Shown piece by piece: positions 1-11,100 of a stretch of DNA of 64,000 nt. The stretch's first letter is position 1; every line of letters starts with the position of its first letter. Origin of the DNA: an uncultured bacterium (GTDB lineage Bacteria; Verrucomicrobiota; Verrucomicrobiia; Limisphaerales; UBA8199); the NCBI GenBank assembly GCA_963749495.1, contig CAVVMW010000006.1, forward strand, positions 960,001 through 1,024,000, given 5' to 3'. The position numbers and the translations under genes were made by a program. A model generated the notes under the pieces. It had not been told where the DNA came from and searched no databases. It was given only the letters and a program-made list of their open reading frames with translations.

Positions 1-662
1 CTGGCTGCCGCCATCCATTTCCTCCACACGCGCCGGCCCGGTTGGCCGCTGACGGCGGCGGTGGGCAAGACGGTGGTGAGCAGCGCGATGATCGATCGGG
101 TCGTGCAAAGCGTCGGCCGGCGGCTGGCCGAGGTGCCGGTCGGCTTCAAGTGGTTTGTCGGCGGCCTGCACCAGGGCAATTATTGTTTTGGGGGCGAAGA
201 GAGCGCGGGCGCCAGTTTCCTGCGCAAGGACGAGACGGTCTGGACGACAGACAAGGATGGGCTGCTGCTGGGGTTGCTGGCGGCGGAGATCCGGCCCGCG
301 CGGGCCTTGACCCGCAGCAGTATCTGGAGAACCTGGCGGCCATCCTGGGCCGCACCTACTACAGCCGAATCGATGCCCCGGCTGCGCCGGAGCAAAAGCG
401 AGCGCTCCAGCGGGCCACCGCGGACTCGCTGGCCGCGCGGGAATTGGCCGGAGACCCGATCGTGGCCAGGCTCAACCGCGCTCCGGAGAACGGCGCGCCC
501 ATTGGCGGCCTGAAGGTGGTCACGCGATTCGGCTGGTTTGCCGCCCGCCCTTCCGGCACGGAAAACCTGATCAAAGTCTATGCGGAAAGCTTCAGGAGCC
601 CCGGGCACCTCGAGGCCATTCTGAAGGAGGCCCGGGAACTGGTCCGCAGTATCGGGGGATAG
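1..662 (+). CDS. pgm: Phosphoglucomutase, 3' part (gene enters from the left edge; 1-nt frameshift near 293)
   Basis: [38 protein letters not shown] and [16 protein letters not shown] motifs; the copy at 4352-5329 has an extra G at the frameshift site. Confidence 0.9.
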   Translation, partial: GCRHPFPPHAPARLAADGGGGQDGGEQRDDRSGRAKRRPAAGRGAGRLQVVCRRPAPGQLLFWGRRERGRQFPAQGRDGLDDRQGWAAAGVAGGGDPARAGLDPQQYLENLAAILGRTYYSRIDAPAAPEQKRALQRATADSLAARELAGDPIVARLNRAPENGAPIGGLKVVTRFGWFAARPSGTENLIKVYAESFRSPGHLEAILKEARELVRSIGG

Positions 663-675
663 GGGCGAGGGGCGG

Positions 676-706
676 GAATGACGAATGACGAATGACGAAT
701 GACGAA
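676..706. repeat. Heptamer tandem array (GAATGAC)n
   Basis: About 4 units just after the pgm stop; the same unit occurs at 14219-14254 and 24714-24750. Confidence 0.9.
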
Positions 707-1076
707 GTGCCCACGGCGGCCCTGCCCGGCCTATGTGTGGGGGCGGGGGGTATGGACCTGCTACAGTGCTACAAGGCGCATGGAACCGGGGGATTTTTGA
801 GGTCGGACCCGCAACACGACCCGCAACCAGGCGCAACCGCCTCGGTAAAATGGGGAGATTCTTTCGCGCGGGATATTTGTTTGACATAGTGGAAGTCAAT
901 TCCAACTCGGTAAAACCGAGCGCTTTCCGGGGGGTGGAATGCGGGCGGGGATCGGGAGAGGCCGCGGCGAGGGGCGAAAGGGGCGAAACGGGGCGAGACG
1001 GTGGAAAAGGAGCTGCCACGCCCCTCCATTCCTGCGGTATGGAAAAGTGTGGGGCATTCGATCCTGGGGGTTTTTC

Positions 1077-1268
1077 TCCCGGAGGGAAATTTGAGAATAG
1101 CCCAAGGTTTCAACCTTGGGATCCGGCCGAGGATGGACCGAGTCCCGAAGGGACGGCTGAACGTGACCTGCCGTTTGAGCCGCCCCTTCGGGACTCGGGT
1201 TGCCTGCGCTCCCAACCCAGTCCCGCTCTGAGCGGGATTGGGCTGTTGTCGGAAGCCCCTCCGGGGCA
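1077..1268. repeat. REP/REPIN-like palindromic element, family A
   Basis: GTCCCGAAGGGACGGCTGA...CCCTTCGGGAC core with AATAGCCCAA..TTGGG arms; second copy at 57968-58151. Confidence 0.8.
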
Positions 1269-1372
1269 TTACGGCGCCGTCAACTGACCGACAGTTTTAG
1301 TCGCAGCCCAGCCGGTCCAAACCACTGACACAACTGCCCGGCGACAGGCGTTCCGGCGGGAATCCCAAATCG

Positions 1373-1520
1373 TAACTATTCAGGTGGGGACGCGTGGGGC
1401 AGACCTCTGGTCTGCCGGTTGCAGGGGCCTCTGGCCCCGAGCCTCCCCACTGCAAGGGACACGGAGCCGGAGGCTCCGTGAACCGGCAGACCAGAGGTCT
1501 GCCCCACACCTGAACAGTTA
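1373..1520. repeat. REP/MITE-like inverted-repeat element, family B
   Basis: TAACTATTCAGGTG...CACCTGAACAGTTA ends; internal GTGGGGCAGACCTCTGGTCTGCC and its reverse complement. Confidence 0.8.
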
Positions 1521-1640
1521 CCCCAAATCCAAACCCCGGAGCATCGTGCCCGAGGCGTGCATCATGTTTGGTGGCCGGTTCAACTCAAGCCAGAAAGCGT
1601 CATTTTTCTAGGACCCCTGCACGAGGCCGAACGCAGCCAT

Positions 1641-3080
1641 TCACTTGCATCGGTCTTGCTCGGGACGGGGTTTGAGATAAGAACGCAACCGCGCGAGTTC
1701 GGCCTCGGTTTGAGCGACCTCGGCCACCGGCAGCAACTGGTGGCGGGCAGCCGAGTGGAGCAAGAGTTCATGGGCCTGCAGCAACAGGCGTGCTTTGGGC
1801 ACGTTGAAGCCGACCAGGTCTCGGCTGTTCCGCGCGACGCGTCCATCAATGGCCGAGGCACGCAGGAAATCGAGTAGATTGCGCCTGTGCTTTTTCTTGT
1901 TGCCTTGCTCGTCGCGCTCTTCCGCTGTGCCCAACAGTTCCATGAGCATCGGAAAAGCACATCCAGGCTTAATTCCTTCGAACTGGTGCGCCTCTTGTGC
2001 GACCCGCAGCAACGTGCCGAGAGGCAGCAAATGCTCCGCCAACGGGCCCTTGTCCTCTGGCACCGGCTTGCCCGTGAGTTCACATTCCTGCCTTGTCCAG
2101 GCCGCGGGCGGGGCGCGTCCGGCGGCAATAGCAGCCAGATAGCTCGCGGTTTCGGGATAAGTGTCTTCCTCAATGCCCGCGAGCAACGAGCGGGTGATGC
2201 TCTCGACCGAGGTGTCCGGTCCCCAACCACCTTCCACCAGCCGACCAACCCGGATTTCAAAAATAAGATGGCTCCATTCCGGCGCCACCCAGCCAAACAG
2301 ATCCCCGTCCTGGCGCAAAATGGGCAGATAGTACTCGCAGACGGCCAACAACTCGGCATCGAAACCAGCGGCCAGAAGATAATCCCGCATGTGGCTCAAG
2401 GCTTCCACATTATAGCTGTGAACGTCAAACTTGCGCAGTGCCGCCGCGATCTCCGGCAGCAGGTGCCGATAACCACAGCGATCAAATTCCTCCATTGCCG
2501 CCCAATAGAAGTAACCCATACCGGTTTCTTTGGTATGAGGAACGGTCCCGGCGATGCGGTGGAACATCTCGGGCAATTCGCCGGGCTGATGGCGGGCAAT
2601 GGTGTGGAAAACCTCAGACCAAAGGGCCGCTTCCGGCGGCAGGCTGAACAGCTTGTCCAGCAGCGCGTTTATCTCCTCCAGACTGGGGCTGGACAGCTTT
2701 TCGAACTCGTCCCAAATCTGCTTGAGCTTCTCGTCCACCTCAGGGGGTGCTCCGGGGACTTCCTGGGTGTGCTTTTCAAAAAGAGACTGTGAAAACTCGT
2801 CCCCCTGCGCCTCGGCATCGATACCAAAGTCATTCTCCCGGTGGGTTTCGGCAGCGAGAGGCTTGGCAGAAGAGGCCTGGGTTGGCGCCACCGGCGCGGC
2901 CGAGACCGGCGCGGGTTGGAGCCGCGGGGCCGCTTCGTGGACCAGGGCTTGGTCTCCAGCCAGACAGCACTTCTTGTATTTCTTGCCACTGCCACAAGGA
3001 CACGGCTCGTTACGCCCGGCCTTCAGCCGCTGACGAGCTGCCGCGAGCGCTTCGTTTGGGTTGGGGCTTTCGCTTGCCAT
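1641..3080 (-). CDS. SEC-C motif-containing hypothetical protein
   Basis: GRNEPCPCGSGKKYKKCC near the N-terminus; start taken at ATG 3080 (MASESPNP). Confidence 0.8.
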   Translation of the reverse strand: MASESPNPNEALAAARQRLKAGRNEPCPCGSGKKYKKCCLAGDQALVHEAAPRLQPAPVSAAPVAPTQASSAKPLAAETHRENDFGIDAEAQGDEFSQSLFEKHTQEVPGAPPEVDEKLKQIWDEFEKLSSPSLEEINALLDKLFSLPPEAALWSEVFHTIARHQPGELPEMFHRIAGTVPHTKETGMGYFYWAAMEEFDRCGYRHLLPEIAAALRKFDVHSYNVEALSHMRDYLLAAGFDAELLAVCEYYLPILRQDGDLFGWVAPEWSHLIFEIRVGRLVEGGWGPDTSVESITRSLLAGIEEDTYPETASYLAAIAAGRAPPAAWTRQECELTGKPVPEDKGPLAEHLLPLGTLLRVAQEAHQFEGIKPGCAFPMLMELLGTAEERDEQGNKKKHRRNLLDFLRASAIDGRVARNSRDLVGFNVPKARLLLQAHELLLHSAARHQLLPVAEVAQTEAELARLRSYLKPRPEQDRCK

Positions 3081-3099
3081 AAGTTCAACGCATTCCGCC

Positions 3100-3280
3100 T
3101 CAACCCAACACGAGGAGATCCAGGGCGGCAAAGCGGCGGTAGGCCTGGTCACAGGTGACGAGCCGCGTATGGCTTTCGGTGGCCAACGCCGCGAGGAACG
3201 CGTCGGTCCAGAGCGCATGGGACGGCGAACCGGAGTTGGCCAGGCTGCCGAACGTGGCGTCCAGCCCTGGGCTCAGCATC
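3100..3280 (-). pseudogene. PIN/VapC toxin C-terminal fragment
   Basis: Minus strand reads ..SPSHALWTDAFLAALATESHTRLVTCDQAYRRFAALDLLVLG*, a typical VapC C-terminus; N-terminus absent. Confidence 0.7.
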
Positions 3281-3284
3281 TGGG

Positions 3285-3400
3285 TGGCCGGTGCTCGGCA
3301 AGATCGTCAAGAGCCCGCTGGCTTTCTCAGGGAGCTTTTCCGGTTCCCGGGCGATAATTCGGCCGTGCTCGATCTCGACTTCAACTGTCACGTAACTCAT
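3285..3400 (-). pseudogene. Antitoxin-like N-terminal fragment (DUF104/AF2212-like)
   Basis: MSYVTVEVEIEHGRIIAREPEKLPEKASGLLTIL directly upstream of the PIN fragment. Confidence 0.5.
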
Positions 3401-3533
3401 GCCAGGAGTTTAGTTCGCTGAACGCCACTGGCCAACCGAATTCTTCCGGCTTCCCGTAACCGCGGAGACGAGACGGCTGCACGGGAAGAAAACTGGATCG
3501 CACTTCCCCGCCGTCTCCGTCATAACTCTCCCC

Positions 3534-3692
3534 ATGTTGGCCAAGGTCTGTTCGGCGGCCGCCAACGGCAGCGAAGCGTATCCGGTCCAGGTCGAGGTCA
3601 ATGCCGGGTACGGCGATACGATCATCGTGATCGTCGGCCTGCCCGCCGCCGCCTGAGAATCCCGCAACCGGGTCATGACCGCCCTCAGCAAG
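3534..3692 (+). pseudogene. comM: ComM/YifB (Mg-chelatase-like AAA ATPase) 5' fragment
   Basis: MLAKVCSAAANGSEAYPVQVEVNAGYGDTIIVIVGLPAAA, break, ESRNRVMTAL matches the ComM N-terminus (..VGLPDAAVKESRDRV..). Confidence 0.8.
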
Positions 3693-3820
3693 TGTTTGTT
3701 CACGGCCACTCGCCACGTTGGTTGAGCAAGCTGGCGAGAAAAGCGCGGTCGAGCGCGAGGTGAAGGTTTGCGGGTTGGGCCCACTGACACCTGCCCAGCG
3801 GACACCTGACCCCACCTGCG

Positions 3821-4200
3821 GTTTTATCCACTCCCCTGGCCCGCGCGGTCGTTGAGCACTTTCTGCCTTGCGGGCGGATCGTCGAGCCGAGCTCTGGCAA
3901 CGGCGCCTTCCTCCGGGCGCTACCCAAGGGCGCAGATTGGTTCGAGATTCAAAACGGCAGGGACTTCCTCAAGGCTGAGGGGCGCTGGGACTGGGCCGTC
4001 GGCAACCCGCCCTTTTCCCAGTTCCGCGCTTTCCTCCAGAAGGCCATGCAGGTCGCCGACAAGGTGGTCTTCATCGGGCTGGCCCCCGCGTGGTTCGTCC
4101 GGGCCCGCCAGGAGGACATGCGGCAGGCGCGGTTCGCCCTGGTGGAGCTGTGCGCCCTGCCCATCCCGCCGGACTGGGCCCCAGTCCGGCATCGATCTCA
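3821..4200 (+). pseudogene. Small DNA adenine methyltransferase fragment without a start codon
   Basis: One frame gives IVEPSSGNGAF (motif I) and WDWAVGNPPFSQF (motif IV); 3' end degraded. Confidence 0.65.
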
Positions 4201-4351
4201 CCGCCGAATGGGCGCGCCGAGGATGGCAGGGCGCCATTGCCCAAACGCGGCTTCAAGCGTGAGCGCCGGGGAAGCGCGACCGGAGGGTGGTGAAACGGCC
4301 CTGCCCCAGATCCCGACACCAGCCCAATCTATGGTCTGACCCCATCCTCAT

Positions 4352-5329
4352 GTGGATGCCATTGCCGCCTCTGGCATCCGCATCGGCGTGGACCCGCTGG
4401 GCGGCGCCTCGATACATTACTGGGAGCCCATCCGCGAGCGCTTCGGCCTCAACCTGAGCGTGGTCAATCCCAAGGTGGATCCGACCTTCTCCTTCATGAC
4501 GGTCGATCAGGATGGAAAGATCCGGATGGATTGCTCCAGCAAGTGGGCGATGCAAGGGCTGGTGAAACTGCAGAAGAGCTTTGATATTGCCTTCGCCACG
4601 GACCCGGACGCCGACCGGCACGGCATCGTGACCCCGTCACACGGGCTGATGGACCCCAACCATTACCTGGCTGCCGCCATCCATTTCCTCCACACGCGCC
4701 GGCCCGGTTGGCCGCTGACGGCGGCGGTGGGCAAGACGGTGGTGAGCAGCGCGATGATCGATCGGGTCGTGCAAAGCGTCGGCCGGCGGCTGGCCGAGGT
4801 GCCGGTCGGCTTCAAGTGGTTTGTGGGCGGCCTGCACCAGGGCAATTATTGTTTTGGGGGCGAAGAGAGCGCGGGCGCCAGTTTCCTGCGCAAGGACGAG
4901 ACGGTCTGGACGACAGACAAGGACGGGCTGCTGCTGGGGTTGCTGGCGGCGGAGATCCGGGCCCGCGCGGGCCTTGACCCGCAGCAGTATCTGGAGAACC
5001 TGGCGGCCATCCTGGGCCGCACCTACTACAGCCGAATCGATGCCCCGGCTGCGCCGGAGCAAAAGCAAGCGCTCCAGCGGGCCACCGCGGACTCGCTGGC
5101 CGCGCGGGAATTGGCCGGAGACCCGATCGTGGCCAGGCTCAACCGCGCTCCGGAGAACGGCGCGCCCATTGGCGGCCTGAAGGTGGTCACCCGATTCGGC
5201 TGGTTTGCCGCCCGCCCTTCCGGCACGGAAAACCTGATCAAAGTCTATGCGGAAAGCTTCAGGAGCCCCGGGCACCTCGAGGCCATTCTCAAGGAGGCCC
5301 GGGAACTGGTCCGCAGTATCGGGGGATAG
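4352..5329 (+). pseudogene. pgm: Phosphoglucomutase, 5'-truncated second copy (C-terminal 325 aa)
   Basis: Begins mid-protein ([17 protein letters not shown]), has DPDADRHGI, lacks the N-terminal catalytic Ser domain. Confidence 0.9.
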
Positions 5330-5874
5330 AGTCGAGGGGCGACAATGACGAATGATCCCGCTCAGCGGGAACGAATGACGAAGTGCCCACGGCGGCCCCG
5401 CACGGCCGATGTGTGGGCGCAGGGGGTATGGATCCGCAACACTGCTACAAGGCCCATGGAACCGGGGGATTTTTGAGGTCGGACCCGCAACACGACCCGC
5501 AACGAGGCGCAACCGCTTCGGCAAAATGGGGGAATTCTTGCGCGCGGGATATTTGTTTGACATAGTGGAAGGCAATTCCAACTCGGTAAAACCGAGCGCT
5601 TTCCTTGAACAGTTCGTAGGTCTCGCTACCCCCGGCTCTCGGCGCACTCGGGCAGCGCCTGACCGCAAAACCGGGCTCGCCGGGCCCCGCCGCTGCAATC
5701 GCGAACTGAACCGGATGCCCCTCTACGGCTCGCAACTCCACTGCGAAGCCGAAAGCACCGCCCCTAAAGTCCAGATGCTGCCACCACCACCACCCAAGCA
5801 CTGTGAAATTCATTGCACCAGATCCCCCTCGGAGACTACACTCATTCCACTGAACGACACGAACGATTACGACA

Positions 5875-7082
5875 GTGCCACAAAAGAGTGAATCAAACGG
5901 TTACGAAGCAGCTAGGCTTTTCCACGCCACCGAGCGAGGGAAGATCTTCTTCGGTGACTCGCGGTCGCTCTTCCGGGACGAGATTCAGCCCAAATCCGTT
6001 GACCTCATCATGACGAGCCCCCCGTTCGGCTCGTCAGAAAAAAGGACTATGGTAATGTTGACGCCCACGACTACGTTAACTGGTTCAAACCCTTTGGCGC
6101 GGCCTTTCACACAGCCTTGAAGCCCGCCGGCTCGCTGGTGATTGACATCGGCGGCGCCTGGATCTCCGGCCAGCCGACCCGCAGCCTGTACCACTACGAG
6201 CTCCTGATCATGCTCTGCCGGGAATTCGGCTTTCACCTCGCTCAGGAGTTCTTTTGGTGGAACCCCGCCCGCCTGCCTACTCCAGCCGAGTGGGTAACCG
6301 TCCGCCGCATCCGCGTCAAAGACGCCATCAACTGCATCTGGTGGCTTTCGCCAACACCTTGGCCAAAGGCAAGCAACAGGCGCGTCCTCCAGCCCTACTC
6401 CGACAGCATGAAAGTCCTGCTGGAAAAGGGCTACAAGCCCATGCTCCGCCCGTCCGGCCATGACATTTCCGACCGCTTTGGCACAGACAACGGTGCTGCG
6501 ATCCCCCCCAACCTGATCGCCCTCGCGCACACAGAGAGCAATTCCGCCTACATTCGCTACTGCAAGGACAAGGGCCTCACCCCGCACCCGGCCAGGTTCC
6601 CCAGCGAGATCCCGGAGTTTTTCATCCGCATGTTGACCGACCGAGGCGACCTGGTCGTTGACCCGTTCGCCGGCAGTTGCGCAACCGGAGAAGCTGCCGA
6701 GCGCACCGACCGCGACTGGCTCTGTTGCGACATGGTCGAGGACTACCTTGCCGGCGCCATCGGCCGCTTCCAGAAAAACGCCAACGGCAGCGGCAACGGG
6801 AAGGCAGACAAGCCCGCCAGAAATCAGGAAGACACCTCCTACCGCATCTACAAACCGGGCACCATGTGGACGACCGCAGACCATGAGCTGCTGCCGGCCG
6901 ACGGTGGCGCCAAGCGCCAGATAAAGCCCCCGAAGGCCCCCAAGCAGGAGCCCATCACAAAGTACCCGCCCCATCACTCGGGCTCCGCGCAAATGCTGCT
7001 GCTGGAGCAGCACAAGAGCACCCGCCCCCGCAACGGAACCTCTCCGAAGGCTCGCCCGGCCAAACTCAGGAACCATGCCTAA
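5875..7082 (+). CDS. Site-specific DNA methyltransferase, beta class (N4-C type, M.PvuII-like); 1-nt frameshift near 6030
   Basis: VDLIMTSPPF, KKDYGN in the shifted frame, HPARFP, VVDPFAGS. Confidence 0.85.
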
Positions 7083-8481
7083 CGACACCGGCGCCGACCC
7101 CACCGCCAAACATATAAGATGGAGTGACCTCCCCTTCGGCAGCGAGTTTTCTCCCTCACAGATAGAACTCCCGACTGTCCTTGAGTTCGCCCACCAGCAG
7201 GGCGGCGACTGGAGAACTTTCGAAGCAGCCGTCAAAGCTAAGTACTTCGCTGCCAACCCGACCAGCGAGTACAACCGCGGCAAGCTCGCCAACAATTGCA
7301 AGCTGGGCATGATCGCGTACGGCATCATCAACCGCGACGCCAGCCTCACCGAATTTGGTAAGAAACTCCATTCAACCCGCACTGACCCGGTAGTCCTCCA
7401 CGCTGAGCTCGCCCGCCACATCCTCCTTAACCTGCACGGCATGACCCTGGTCCAGTGCGTTCAGGACATCCAAGCCTCCGGCGAATGCGTGGACCTCATC
7501 AAGCTCCGCGAATGGCTGGAGGAGAGAGGCATTCATTTCCCGCGCGGCGGCAAACACCCGAGCATGATGCGCCTCTGGCTCGAAAAGGCCGGCGTCTTCA
7601 CAAGCGGTTGGAATGTCAGCCCCACCAGGCTGAAGGAACTCGCTGGCGCGAGCACCGAGGAGGTCGAGGCCCTGGCCACGCTCAGTCCCGAACAACGTGC
7701 CTTCCTCAAGACGTTGGCCAACATGGCTGGCCCAGGTCCCTTCGCCTCTAACGACGTTGAGAAACTCGCGACCGCCACCTACGGCGTCCACTTCAACGAG
7801 AAGGCATTGCCCAAGCAGGTGCTGTACCCGCTAGAAAAAGCCGGATTCGTCACCCTCGAACGCGGCACCAAAGAGGCCGGTCGCGGAGCCAAGCCTTTCC
7901 TAGTCCGCGCCACGGCCAAGCTTCAAAAGGAAGTCCTCACACCACTGCTCGAGCAGTTGGAGAAACAGACCGCCTCAGACTTGCGCCCGCTCTTGCGCAA
8001 GTCCATGCACGAAATCCTTCACAGTCTCAGCGCCAAGGACAAGCACACTCGCGGCCTGGCACTGGAGGCGCTCGCCTTCAAACTCATGCGCCTCCTCGAC
8101 ATGGACTACGTCGCTACCCGCCTACGCGGCGTGGCGACCGGCGGCGCCGAAGTGGACCTCATTTTCCAATCCGCCCGCCTCGTATTCTCGCGCTGGCAAA
8201 TCCAGTGCAAAAACACTACTCGAGTCACCCTCGAAGACGTGGCCAAAGAAGTCGGCCTCACCCACATGCTCAAGAGCAACGTCATCGTGGTTGTCAGCAC
8301 CGGTGAAATTGGCCCTGGGGCCAAGGGTTACGCCAACAAGGTAATGGGCGACAGCAACCTTTGCATAGTCCTCATCAACGGCGGCGACCTGAAAGCCATC
8401 GAAGCTAACCCGGCCGCCATCGTCGACGTTTTCAACCGTGAAGCCGCCCACGCGATGAAGCTCAAAATTCTCGATATGTAG
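7075..8481 (+). CDS. Restriction endonuclease with C-terminal Mrr-like PD-(D/E)xK domain
   Basis: GLALE..GGAEVDLI..WQIQCKN motif; overlaps the MTase stop. Confidence 0.75.
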   Translation: MPNDTGADPTAKHIRWSDLPFGSEFSPSQIELPTVLEFAHQQGGDWRTFEAAVKAKYFAANPTSEYNRGKLANNCKLGMIAYGIINRDASLTEFGKKLHSTRTDPVVLHAELARHILLNLHGMTLVQCVQDIQASGECVDLIKLREWLEERGIHFPRGGKHPSMMRLWLEKAGVFTSGWNVSPTRLKELAGASTEEVEALATLSPEQRAFLKTLANMAGPGPFASNDVEKLATATYGVHFNEKALPKQVLYPLEKAGFVTLERGTKEAGRGAKPFLVRATAKLQKEVLTPLLEQLEKQTASDLRPLLRKSMHEILHSLSAKDKHTRGLALEALAFKLMRLLDMDYVATRLRGVATGGAEVDLIFQSARLVFSRWQIQCKNTTRVTLEDVAKEVGLTHMLKSNVIVVVSTGEIGPGAKGYANKVMGDSNLCIVLINGGDLKAIEANPAAIVDVFNREAAHAMKLKILDM

Positions 8482-8720
8482 CGATGTCGCACACCGCCTC
8501 AGGAGGAGAAAGCGGGCAATGCCAAACAACTTTCAAAATGATCCCGTTGCGATTCTCAGAAGCCAAGTTGACCTCTCGCCCTATTCGTTCGCAGCTGGCT
8601 CGCCCCGCTGGCTGCTGGCGTTAGGACACTACCCAACCTCCTGCCGAGCTAACGCGGTTTTGGATTACGCTTAACTTTGCGCCATGAGCACGGCTGCTCA
8701 AACCAAGATGGAATGAACCT

Positions 8721-8918
8721 ATGAGTGCCGAAACCGCGCGATTGCTGGTGGCGTTTGATAAACTGCCGCCCGCGGAAAAAGAGGTGTTCTTAAGAGAGCT
8801 TTTCCGGAGGCTGCCGCCAGTTGACTCTGGCCCGCTGGAGGACGAGGTGTTGGCACGTGCGGGCGACGATCTGGCGGCCATATTGGAAGGCGAAGAAAAT
8901 CACGCCCAGATGCGGTGA
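8721..8918 (+). CDS. Small antitoxin-like protein
   Basis: 65-aa acidic protein overlapping a PemK-like N-terminal remnant. Confidence 0.55.
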   Translation: MSAETARLLVAFDKLPPAEKEVFLRELFRRLPPVDSGPLEDEVLARAGDDLAAILEGEENHAQMR

Positions 8919-8944
8919 GGTCTGGATGTTTCTGTGGCCAAAAA
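8902..8944 (+). pseudogene. PemK/MazF toxin N-terminal remnant
   Basis: (ACG)PRCGEVWMF then GTGGCCAAA (VAK), cut off by a family D repeat. Confidence 0.45.
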
Positions 8945-9004
8945 CCCAGGGCATCGGCCTGGCGGCCTCAGCCCTGGGCTAGGTTCTGTCGGCCCTTTGG
9001 GCCG
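8945..9004. repeat. REP-like element, family D
   Basis: CCCAGGGCATCGGCCTGGCGGCCTCAGCCCTGGGCTAGGTTCTG..GGCCCTTTGGGCCG; reverse copies at 42998-43051 and 46588-46647, partial copy at 46785-46830. Confidence 0.8.
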
Positions 9005-9048
9005 CGCGTCAGAAGCAGGGCGGGCCGGATGCCTGCCCCACGTTGAGC

Positions 9049-10690
<1,642 letters not shown>

Positions 10691-10730
10691 AAGAATTGGA
10701 TTGGTGTTTTATGGTTGAGAGTGAGTGTGA

Positions 10731-11024
10731 TTATTCGAGCACGGCCAGGAGGTCGTCCGTGTTGAGGATCTTGTAATCCTTCCCATCGAGCTTGATTTCA
10801 GTCCCGCCGTATTTGCTGATGAGGACGCGATCGCCCTTCTTGACCTCGAATGGGACCTTCTTCCCATCGTCATCGGTCTTGCCCGTGCCGAGGGCGATGA
10901 CGATGCCTTCCATCGGTTTTTCCTTGGCGGTATCAGGGATGATGATCCCGCCCTTCTTGACTTCCTTCTCTTCGACCGGCTCCACAAGGACCCGATCGCC
11001 CAAGGGTTTAACGTTTAGTGCCAT
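10731..11024 (-). CDS. groES: Co-chaperonin GroES
   Basis: [30 protein letters not shown]. Confidence 0.97.
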   Translation of the reverse strand: MALNVKPLGDRVLVEPVEEKEVKKGGIIIPDTAKEKPMEGIVIALGTGKTDDDGKKVPFEVKKGDRVLISKYGGTEIKLDGKDYKILNTDDLLAVLE

Positions 11025-11100
11025 AGGTTTTTCGTTTTTCGTTTGTTTGTTGGTTCTGCTGCGAATCAAAATCCCGCCGCACTCGCCGCGGGAAGCTTCT

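Larger units (their letters stand above)
1..928 (+). repeat. Direct repeat copy A (pgm 3' end plus about 265 bp of downstream flank), paired with 4667-5604
   Basis: Near-identical coding part and similar flank, both ending at ...CTCGGTAAAACCGAGCGCTTTCC. Confidence 0.95.

Noticed and set aside
875..930. Intact tRNA gene or sigma70 promoter at TTGACATAGTGG
   Set aside because: No D-arm, T-arm or acceptor stem, and no -10 box at the correct spacing; kept only as a possible att relic.
692..1611. ORFs 733-1287, 769-1269, 5409-5891 and similar
   Set aside because: They are translations of repeat elements and duplicated noncoding flank with no protein-like features.
929..8944. Prophage or IS-based composite transposon
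   Set aside because: No structural phage genes, integrase or transposase are recognisable in the cargo.
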